A stretch of DNA of 64,000 bases from Pyrinomonadaceae bacterium (GTDB lineage: Bacteria > Acidobacteriota > Blastocatellia > Pyrinomonadales > Pyrinomonadaceae). Both the position numbers and the translations under genes were made by a program. Of the stretch, positions 8,201 to 15,532 are shown piece by piece (within the stretch, counting starts at the first letter, position 1; the number at the start of each line of letters is the position of its first letter). The notes under the pieces were generated by a model, which worked only from the letters and a program-made list of their open reading frames with translations, ran no database searches and was not told the origin of the DNA. The stretch covers positions 3,481 to 67,480 of the forward strand of contig JBGSQW010000017.1 in the NCBI GenBank assembly GCA_041737885.1, written 5' to 3'.

Positions 8201-9349
8201 ATGAACATCGGCATCACAGTTTATCCAACCTACGGCGGCAGCGGGATCGTCGGCTCAGAACTCGGCCGCGACCTGGCAGAACGCGGGCATAATGTGCATT
8301 TCATCTCGTCGGTTCTGCCTACGCGGCTGACCGAGTTGAACGAACGCATTCACTTTCACGAGGTTGAAATGATGTCGTACGCACTGTTCGAACATCAGCC
8401 GTACGACCTCGCCCTCGCGACCAAAATGGCGACCGTGGCCCGAGCCGAAAAGCTCGATCTGCTCCACGTTCACTACGCGATACCGCACTCGATCTCAGCG
8501 ATCCTCGCCCGCGAATCCATCAAGCAAAAACGCTACGTGCCAGTTATAACGACGCTCCACGGAACGGACATCACGCTTGTCGGAGCGGATCGCAGCTATC
8601 TGCCGATCACACGCTATGGTTTGCAGCAATCTGACGGCGTGACGGCAGTTTCGAAATTTTTGAAGCAAGCAACGATCGAGACTTTCGATTTCGACGACGT
8701 CGAGGTCATTCCGAATTTTATCTGCGAGAAGCATTACATGCGGCTTCCCGATTCGCCTCTGCGCGGCGAACTCGCTCCGAAGGGCGAAAGGCTATTGGTT
8801 CACGTATCTAATTTCCGTCACGTAAAACGTCCGAACGATTGTGTCGAGATCCTCGCAAAGGTCCGTGCAGCGGGAACTGACGCTAAGCTAATTATGGTCG
8901 GCGATGGCCCTGAACGCTCCGCGGTTTATTACCGTGCGGAACAGCTCGGCGTTAAAGAACACACGACTTTCGTCGGGAAACAGGCAAACATCGCCGACTA
9001 TCTTGGAGTCGCAGATATTTTCCTGCTGCCGTCCGAACTCGAATCCTTCGGTCTTGCCGCTCTCGAAGCCCAAGCCTGCGAAGTCCCGGTTATCGCCACC
9101 CGTATCGGCGGCATCCCCGAGGTAGTCAACGAGGGCGAATCCGGCTTCCTCAGCGATGTCGGAGACGTCGAGAAAATGAGTGTTGACACCCTGCGGCTGT
9201 TAAATGACGAAGAGCTAAGAAGGTCATTCGGCGAACGCGGCCGCGAACTAGCCGTTCAACGATATGCCACGTCGAAGATCATTCCGCAGTACATCGCTTT
9301 TTACGAAAAGATCGTCAACAAAGCTAAAGCTACTGCAACGTCGGCGTGA
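8201..9349 (+). CDS. bshA: N-acetyl-alpha-D-glucosaminyl L-malate synthase (bacillithiol biosynthesis glycosyltransferase)
   Basis: Collinear with recalled B. subtilis BshA: IGITVYPTYGGSGIVGSELG, TTLHGTDITLVG, HVSNFRHVKR, GDGPE, ESFGLAALEAQACEVPVIATRIGGIPEV. Confidence 0.85.
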   Translation: MNIGITVYPTYGGSGIVGSELGRDLAERGHNVHFISSVLPTRLTELNERIHFHEVEMMSYALFEHQPYDLALATKMATVARAEKLDLLHVHYAIPHSISAILARESIKQKRYVPVITTLHGTDITLVGADRSYLPITRYGLQQSDGVTAVSKFLKQATIETFDFDDVEVIPNFICEKHYMRLPDSPLRGELAPKGERLLVHVSNFRHVKRPNDCVEILAKVRAAGTDAKLIMVGDGPERSAVYYRAEQLGVKEHTTFVGKQANIADYLGVADIFLLPSELESFGLAALEAQACEVPVIATRIGGIPEVVNEGESGFLSDVGDVEKMSVDTLRLLNDEELRRSFGERGRELAVQRYATSKIIPQYIAFYEKIVNKAKATATSA

Positions 9350-9354
9350 ACTGG

Positions 9355-9428
9355 AACCGCAGATAAACGCAAATGGACGCGGATAAAAATCAGGTCTTAT
9401 CTGTGTTCATCCGCGTCCATCTGCGGTT
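9355..9428. repeat. heptad-array palindromic element, copy 2
   Basis: CGCAGAT, CGCAAAT and CGCGGAT at 9358, 9368 and 9378. ATCTGTG, ATCCGCG and ATCTGCG at 9399, 9409 and 9419 (exact 10-bp period). Outer stem AACCGCAGAT pairs with ATCTGCGGTT. Confidence 0.75.
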
Positions 9429-9443
9429 AATTTATCCTTAAAC

Positions 9444-10469
9444 ATGCTAAAACGCTACATGCACAACCAAGAACGTCAGCACGCGATGCGTGACGATAAC
9501 CGCATTGTGCGTGAATTCGAATGGGGCACGGAATACATCACCGATCACCCAAACGGCGACGACCCGCGAAAGCTGTTTAGCCAATATTCCAAAAACACGG
9601 TCGAACACAGCGAAGATTTTTTCATCAATCCTGAAATTTCAGATTTCAAATTTGAAATTTCAAACGGTGAAAACAAGCTAACCTGGACCAGCGGCATCAA
9701 GACCATATCGCCTGAGAACAACACCGCATACGCCAAATATTTCCCGTACGCGACCAACAAAAAGTCAGCAGTATTGGTGCTGCCTCATTGGAATGCCAAA
9801 GCAGGGACCTATTACGACCTCTGCAAAATATTCAATAAAGTCGGCTTTTCCGCACTCAGATTAACGCTTCCCTATCACGAAGAACGCATGCCGCCGGAGC
9901 TGGAACGTGCTGATTATCTCGTCGCTCCGAACGTAGGCCGTACACTGCAATCACTGCGTCAGGCGGTCGTCGATACTCGTTCGGCGGTGCGTTGGCTGAA
10001 GCAGCAGGGTTACGAAAATATCGGCATCGTAGGCACCAGTATCGGTTCATGTGTGGGCTTTTTCGCGTTTACGCACGATATGGATATCGACACAGCCGTC
10101 TTCAACCACGTCTCCGGCTATCCAGCAGACGTCGTCTGGCACGGCCTCTCGACCTATCACGTAAAACAAGCCATCGGCGAAAACGTAACCCTCGACGAGC
10201 TTCGCGAATACTGGCTGCCCATCTCGCCTATGGCCTACATGGACCGCCTAGCCAAACTCCCGCCGCGTCCCCAACGCTACATCTACACCCTCTACGACCT
10301 AAGTTTCCCCGTCGACCTGTCACGCGACACAATCAACGCCCTAAAACAGCACAAGATCAAACACAGCGCCGTCACCATTCCCTGCGGCCACTACACGCTC
10401 GGGGTTAAACCCTGGGTCTATTACGATGGGTATAAGATCGTCTCGTTTTTACGCAAGCACCTTAAATAG
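9444..10469 (+). CDS. alpha/beta hydrolase family protein
   Basis: Nucleophile elbow GIVGTSIGS. The overall length and a late His (CGHYT) fit a Ser-Asp-His hydrolase. Confidence 0.7.
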   Translation: MLKRYMHNQERQHAMRDDNRIVREFEWGTEYITDHPNGDDPRKLFSQYSKNTVEHSEDFFINPEISDFKFEISNGENKLTWTSGIKTISPENNTAYAKYFPYATNKKSAVLVLPHWNAKAGTYYDLCKIFNKVGFSALRLTLPYHEERMPPELERADYLVAPNVGRTLQSLRQAVVDTRSAVRWLKQQGYENIGIVGTSIGSCVGFFAFTHDMDIDTAVFNHVSGYPADVVWHGLSTYHVKQAIGENVTLDELREYWLPISPMAYMDRLAKLPPRPQRYIYTLYDLSFPVDLSRDTINALKQHKIKHSAVTIPCGHYTLGVKPWVYYDGYKIVSFLRKHLK

Positions 10470-11156
10470 TTATTTGACCGGACAGTTGGCAGCACGGGGG
10501 AAGTTGTAAACCACAATTCCTCGCATTTGAATACTCGGAAGATCGTCAAACTTTTTGAATCTAGCTTTTCTTGCAGCCGCCTCGGCAAAGGTGTACAAAA
10601 GCGGATGGCCGCTCTTCGCCATCGCCGTTCTGACTCTTCCGCTTTTGTTTACAAATACTTCTACCTCGACCCAACCGTCAGCGCATAACAGGTGGTTTGG
10701 CAACTCTGGATTCGGCAAGTAGTTAGCGATACCATTAATGATCGGCGGTTTTTTACGAAGGATCGTACCCTTTCGTGATGACACTACCTGGTACGTCAGC
10801 ACAACATTGTTCTCCAGCTTTTTTCCATCGCGCAGTGCCGGTTTTAGTTTCGCATCAAGTGCCGCCGTTTCGATCAACTTTCGGAAATATGGGTGTCCTG
10901 ATATCGCGCGAGCTACTTTAACACTGCCATCGGCTCCAACTGTGACCTGAACCGAGACCAAGCCGTTATAGACGTGCGGGCCGGTGCCGACCAACGTTGG
11001 ATATTTCGGAGCGGGTGCCGAGATGATCAATTCTTCGCAACGAAAACATTCGTAGAATTCTATGTATGGTATCGTGCGAGATGTCGTCTTCGATTGAGAT
11101 AAAGTGATGCCGTGGAACTGGAAAATCAGCAAGGCCGATAGCAATAAATACCTCAT
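10470..11156 (-). CDS. secreted protein with two TonB C-terminal-like domains
   Basis: Signal peptide. Two repeats resemble the TonB_C fold (GLVSVQVTVGADGSVKVARAISGHP and GWVEVEVFVNKSGRVRTAMAKSGHP). Confidence 0.5.
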   Translation of the reverse strand: MRYLLLSALLIFQFHGITLSQSKTTSRTIPYIEFYECFRCEELIISAPAPKYPTLVGTGPHVYNGLVSVQVTVGADGSVKVARAISGHPYFRKLIETAALDAKLKPALRDGKKLENNVVLTYQVVSSRKGTILRKKPPIINGIANYLPNPELPNHLLCADGWVEVEVFVNKSGRVRTAMAKSGHPLLYTFAEAAARKARFKKFDDLPSIQMRGIVVYNFPRAANCPVK

Positions 11157-11235
11157 CGTAAGTATTAGAAACCAAACAACGCGATTCGTTCCAACTTACA
11201 TCAAAACAGTGCTAAAATCGTGACACCTTTTTCGA

Positions 11236-12198
11236 ATGAGCGCGGTTCCTGAGAAGCACAAAAATACGGTTCGCGAGGCGATAGAGCATTTGATCTCTCG
11301 CGCCGGGAATTCGCGTGCTTTGACGGGTGATGATATCGCGGGGCGGGTTGAGGCGACGGTTGAGAAGTATTTGCTGCGTGACAATCCCGGCGCGGCCCAT
11401 GTCGAGATCGAGGATTTTCTGCATGAGATCAGGGCAGACGACCTTTGTCTGATCGTGGCTTGTGAAAAGGGTGATGAAAAGGCTTGGGAAGATCTGGTTG
11501 CGAATTTTGATGCGACGGTTAAGTCCGCGGCTCGTAAGATCTCTTCGAATAACGAGGACGCTGAGGACCTCGCAAGTTCTATCTGGGCAGAGCTTTACGG
11601 GCTTCGCGTCGATGCGGACGGCAATAAGAAGAGCAAGCTGGCGTATTATTCGGGACGCGGTTCGCTTGCAGGTTGGCTGCGGGCGGTGGTTTCGCAGTTG
11701 GCGGTGGATCAGTTTAGGAAGGTGTCGAAATTTGTCCAGATCGAGGAAGACCGCGAGTTCGAGAATCTGGCCAACGAAGCGTCGAATGGCGACGGGCCGC
11801 ATTTTGGCTCGCATATTGAGAATCCGGAGGAACTTTATAGCGAAGGCCGTACGACGGCCGATGTTTCGGCGGCTTTGAGTTCGGCAATTGCGGGGCTTGA
11901 GGCGGAGGATCGTTTGATCCTGAAGCTGTATTATTTTGACAGCCTGAAATTAAAGGACATCGCCGCGACCTTCGGCTATCACGAAGCCACAGCGAGCCGA
12001 AAGCTCACTCGTGTACAGAGCGAGATCCGCAAAGGCGTCGAAAAGAGCCTGAAAACGCAGCACGGCTGGACCGACACCGAGGTCAAACGCCACCTCAGCG
12101 ACGCAGCAGCTAGCCTCGGAATTAATCTCGAAACGATGTTCGCCGCATTACTGTTACTGGCGATCGTGCAAGATATCGTTGGTAGTAGCGTTCTATAG
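11236..12198 (+). CDS. sigma-70 family (ECF-like) RNA polymerase sigma factor with N-terminal extension
   Basis: Region 2 (EDLASSIWAELYG ... LAGWLRAVVSQLAVDQFR) and region 4 HTH (LKDIAATFGYHEATASRKLTRVQSEIR). Confidence 0.8.
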   Translation: MSAVPEKHKNTVREAIEHLISRAGNSRALTGDDIAGRVEATVEKYLLRDNPGAAHVEIEDFLHEIRADDLCLIVACEKGDEKAWEDLVANFDATVKSAARKISSNNEDAEDLASSIWAELYGLRVDADGNKKSKLAYYSGRGSLAGWLRAVVSQLAVDQFRKVSKFVQIEEDREFENLANEASNGDGPHFGSHIENPEELYSEGRTTADVSAALSSAIAGLEAEDRLILKLYYFDSLKLKDIAATFGYHEATASRKLTRVQSEIRKGVEKSLKTQHGWTDTEVKRHLSDAAASLGINLETMFAALLLLAIVQDIVGSSVL

Positions 12199-12231
12199 AC
12201 GGGTTACGAAAACCGTGCCGTAGATATTTGA

Positions 12232-12311
12232 AATTAACAGGAATGGAAGGGATAGATGGGATGCTTTTGGTTTTTCCTGTATCCCATTTATCCCCTTATT
12301 CCCTGTTAATT
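12232..12311. repeat. heptad-array palindromic element, copy 3 (diverged, GGGAT/ATCCC units)
   Basis: Outer stem AATTAACAG (12232-12240) pairs with CTGTTAATT (12303-12311). TGGGAT (12257-12262) pairs with ATCCCA (12281-12286). Right-arm units ATCCCA, ATCCCC and ATTCCC at 12281, 12290 and 12298. One-nt bulges. Confidence 0.6.
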
Positions 12312-12332
12312 TCATCTGCGGTATTTTGAATT

Positions 12333-13490
12333 GTGATGGAACTGGAATTCGACAAAGAAATGGATGCGATCCTCCGCCGTGCGCGGGACAGTCGCGGTGT
12401 GCTCGTGGGCGATGAACCGCCCGAAAAGACGAAGCACATCGACGCCGATTCCATCGCGGCGTTTGTCGAGAACGCTCTGCCGGCCAAAACGCGAACGCTC
12501 TATATGGAGCACTTCGCCGATTGCGACCGCTGCCGCCGGGTACTTTCCCAATCAATGCTTTTTGCTTCCGAAGCGGACGTAAAAGCCGCTTCCGTCGTTT
12601 CGGCGCCTGTTGTCGAGGTTACGATCCCGTGGTATCAAAAGCTGTTTAGAACGCCGAATCTCGCGATGGCGATGGGCCTGCTTGTCCTGCTTTTCGGCGG
12701 CGTGTTGACGGTGTTGATTATCCGCGAGCGTCAGAATGATGCCAATTCCAGTGTCGCCCGGATAACGGAGAATGAACGTCCGGCTAGCGGACCATCTCTG
12801 TCCGAGCCGTCCGCAAACACCGCCGCGGCTCCACCAATGCAAGATCAGCTGGATCAGATCGCATCAGCAAACAAGGCTGCCGCCGCAAACGTTGCGGCCA
12901 ATGCGCCGCTCGCTACACCAAGATCTGAAGAATCACGAGCTATCACGCTGCCTGCGGAACGCCCTGACACCGGCCTCGTCGGCGGAGTTTCGGCTAGTGC
13001 ACCCGCGACCGGCGGAGAATCACCTCGTTCTGAGACAGAATCAAGACCGATGCCCAAGGGCGCTCCACCGCCGTCGCCTGTCCTTTCCGACGAAGTTTTG
13101 GCAGAACGCTCGCAAAAGGAAGAAGAGAAATCAAAAGACGATGACAGAGCTGATGCGATGAAAAAGAGCACGGCTCGAACGGTCACACGCGATCTACCCG
13201 CCGCTCCGTCAAAGAGCGGTCCGGTCCGATCCGGCCCGATCAACATGCAGCAGAATCAGGTTCAGAACCCGACCTTCGACATGCCGGTAACACGCTCGGT
13301 CGGCGGAAGATCCTTCAATAACCGTGACGGCGTCTGGTATGACTCAGCCTACAAGAGCCAGGCAACGCTGAACTTCCGCCGCGGCACCGCAGAATACAAA
13401 AAACTCGAAAGCGGCCTGCGAAGTATCGCCGACAATCTCGGCGGCACGGTGGTTTTGGTGTGGAAGGGTAAAGCTTATCGAATACAATAA
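12333..13490 (+). CDS. putative anti-sigma factor (zf-HC2-like, single TM, long disordered periplasmic region)
   Basis: H-x3-C-x2-C motif (HFADCDRC). TM segment LAMAMGLLVLLFGGVLTVLII. Lies directly downstream of the sigma gene. Start is GTG 12333 or ATG 12336. Confidence 0.65.
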   Translation: MMELEFDKEMDAILRRARDSRGVLVGDEPPEKTKHIDADSIAAFVENALPAKTRTLYMEHFADCDRCRRVLSQSMLFASEADVKAASVVSAPVVEVTIPWYQKLFRTPNLAMAMGLLVLLFGGVLTVLIIRERQNDANSSVARITENERPASGPSLSEPSANTAAAPPMQDQLDQIASANKAAAANVAANAPLATPRSEESRAITLPAERPDTGLVGGVSASAPATGGESPRSETESRPMPKGAPPPSPVLSDEVLAERSQKEEEKSKDDDRADAMKKSTARTVTRDLPAAPSKSGPVRSGPINMQQNQVQNPTFDMPVTRSVGGRSFNNRDGVWYDSAYKSQATLNFRRGTAEYKKLESGLRSIADNLGGTVVLVWKGKAYRIQ

Positions 13491-13529
13491 AGTCTTTCGC
13501 TACAGCCAAATTAGCAGTAAACTAACTGC

Positions 13530-15425
13530 ATGAAAGCACTAGCTTTACTTCTGTGCATCCTGTGCCTTTCCGCGGCAACTTCACTTGCCCAGCCCGCGTG
13601 GCAATCTAATCTCGATTCAAAGATACGTTTTTATCAAACAACCGATTTCGGCATTATCCTCGCCGGGACCGAACGAAGCCTTTACGCGATCGATGGACAG
13701 ACCGGTGAACGCATTTGGCGCCAGTCGACCGGGAATATCAACGCGACCTCTGTCACGCCCGTTCCGGATACTGACCTTATTCTCTTTTCCCGCGACGAAG
13801 GCAAAAACTCGCGACTCGAGGCCGTCGATATGCTGACCGGCTCCCGTATCTGGCAGAGCGACAAGGTGAAGGGCGATGTGATGCAGCTCGCGGTCGATCC
13901 GGAGAATGATTTGATAGCTGTAGTGCTCGTCCGAGATCCGCGTGGAAAAGCGGACGATAATTTTAAGAAAAAGCCGACCGTTCATATGTTGCAGCTCTCG
14001 ACCGGTAACGAGCTTTGGAAGCGAGAACTCGATACAAGCATCGAAATGATGCCGACGCGTTTTGGTGAGAATCTGGGCGATATCGATTATACGCTCGACA
14101 ATTACCGAGCGCCGCTGCTGCTCGATGGTCGTCTTTTCCTATTCTACGAAGGCTCGACCTCGTTCGACGCTCGTACCGGAAAAGAAAAGGAACGCGAGAA
14201 ATTCAAGATCAACGAGGATGGCCTCGCCCTGACCGAAGCCGATCCGGTTTTCGACGACAGATATGTCTATGTCTCGGGCAAAGGCAAGATCCGCGCGGTG
14301 AATCGGCGAACCGGCAAGCAGGATTGGGAGGCGGACGATCTCGGCATTTGTGCGGAAATGGCTCTCGTTGGAAATGTACTTTACGTTCGCACCGGCGGCC
14401 AGTTCACACAACTAAAGGACGGAGAGCTCAAAGAAAAAGGCCCGTTCGGTGTTTCTGCGATAAACACCTCAAACGGCAAAACGCTTTGGCGTTACAAAGG
14501 CGCTGATAAGGGCCTCACAAATTTTGTTTTCGCCGACCAAAATACGATCCTGATCGCCGATAAGGACGACCTCATCACCCTCGATGCCCGAAGCGGAAAG
14601 CGAACTACGAAACGCGACCACGAAACCGACAAGGCTCAGTTTGTATTGATCAACGAAGGCGGTCAAGCCGTTGTCGGCGGACGAAACGAAATCGCAGCAT
14701 TTCGCGTTGGCTCCGACTCAAAAACGCCTGAATTATGGCGTGTCCGACACACAGCTCCCGCACGCGGAGTTTTCCGCGTGGTCACGGGGATTGCTCTGAG
14801 GGCAGCCGCCTTGTACTTCCGCTACGGCGGCATTGCGACTTCGGCGATCGGATTTGCACGGACAGGTTTGAGTCTTGGGACAGCCGCAAATTCGTTCCGC
14901 TGGTCAGGTTTGCAGAATCGATTCGGTTCGGTAAATTTATCTACGCTTGCCGGGAATGCCGCTCGCAATTATGCGACGCGACGAATTTTCGCTTATGGCT
15001 CGCTCGGCCGCATCCAAAATCTCAGCCGCTTCAACAACCTAAATGTCGCGATACCAAATTCCACTGACATTCGCGGACAGATCATCGGACGAGCAGTTGA
15101 CCGCGTAACACCTTCGCGTGGGGTAGTGAGCGAAAGCATCTTTGACCGTATCGACCCGGCTCGGCAGCTTGATCGTTTTTCGGACTATCTTTTGAGGCGC
15201 AAACGTCTATCGGAACTCCGTTCGAACCACATGTATTTCTACACCGATCTGCCGCGCCCCTACGATAAAAAAGGCCTAGTCGGCGTCAACGTGCACACAG
15301 GCCGCGATGCAAGATTTGCATTGGTCTCCGAACCCGATTCACAATTCGTGACGGACGAAACGGTAGGCTTGCTCTATTCGGCAAATGGAAATACTTTACA
15401 GGCGTTTGGTTTCGTCGATCGATAA
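13530..15425 (+). CDS. PQQ-like beta-propeller repeat protein (BamB-like) with uncharacterised C-terminal region
   Basis: Signal peptide. Repeated motifs of the form LYAIDGQTGERIWRQ, AVDMLTGSRIWQ and AINTSNGKTLWRY. Confidence 0.7.
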   Translation: MKALALLLCILCLSAATSLAQPAWQSNLDSKIRFYQTTDFGIILAGTERSLYAIDGQTGERIWRQSTGNINATSVTPVPDTDLILFSRDEGKNSRLEAVDMLTGSRIWQSDKVKGDVMQLAVDPENDLIAVVLVRDPRGKADDNFKKKPTVHMLQLSTGNELWKRELDTSIEMMPTRFGENLGDIDYTLDNYRAPLLLDGRLFLFYEGSTSFDARTGKEKEREKFKINEDGLALTEADPVFDDRYVYVSGKGKIRAVNRRTGKQDWEADDLGICAEMALVGNVLYVRTGGQFTQLKDGELKEKGPFGVSAINTSNGKTLWRYKGADKGLTNFVFADQNTILIADKDDLITLDARSGKRTTKRDHETDKAQFVLINEGGQAVVGGRNEIAAFRVGSDSKTPELWRVRHTAPARGVFRVVTGIALRAAALYFRYGGIATSAIGFARTGLSLGTAANSFRWSGLQNRFGSVNLSTLAGNAARNYATRRIFAYGSLGRIQNLSRFNNLNVAIPNSTDIRGQIIGRAVDRVTPSRGVVSESIFDRIDPARQLDRFSDYLLRRKRLSELRSNHMYFYTDLPRPYDKKGLVGVNVHTGRDARFALVSEPDSQFVTDETVGLLYSANGNTLQAFGFVDR

Positions 15426-15447
15426 AGAGGAATTTTGCCATAAATAA

Positions 15448-15499
15448 ACGTAGATCAATGCGGATGTTTTTATCTGTATCCATCCGTGTTAATCTGTGG
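15448..15499. repeat. heptad-array palindromic element, copy 4 (2 left and 3 right units)
   Basis: CGTAGAT (15448) and TGCGGAT (15458). Loop GTTTTT. ATCTGTA (15471), ATCCGTG (15482) and ATCTGTG (15492). Confidence 0.55.
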
Positions 15500-15532
15500 T
15501 CAAATCTTTTTCTAAACAAACTGAAAAACGTA

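Noticed and set aside
12130-12198. Hydrophobic C-terminal tail of the sigma factor (MFAALLLLAIVQDIVGSSVL) as a membrane anchor
   Set aside because: The uninterrupted hydrophobic run is only about 11 residues and is then broken by Q and D. That is too short for a confident TM helix without a predictor.
15458-15532. N-terminal extension of the M28 peptidase ORF (MRMFLSVSIRVNLWSNLF...), and similar extensions at 48..158, 5403..5444, 27274..27477, 28368..28700, 31076..31246, 33579..33623, 52792..52857 and 60282..60314
   Set aside because: Each extension precedes an internal Met that starts a clean signal peptide or conserved N-terminus. The 15458 extension is simply the translated palindromic repeat.
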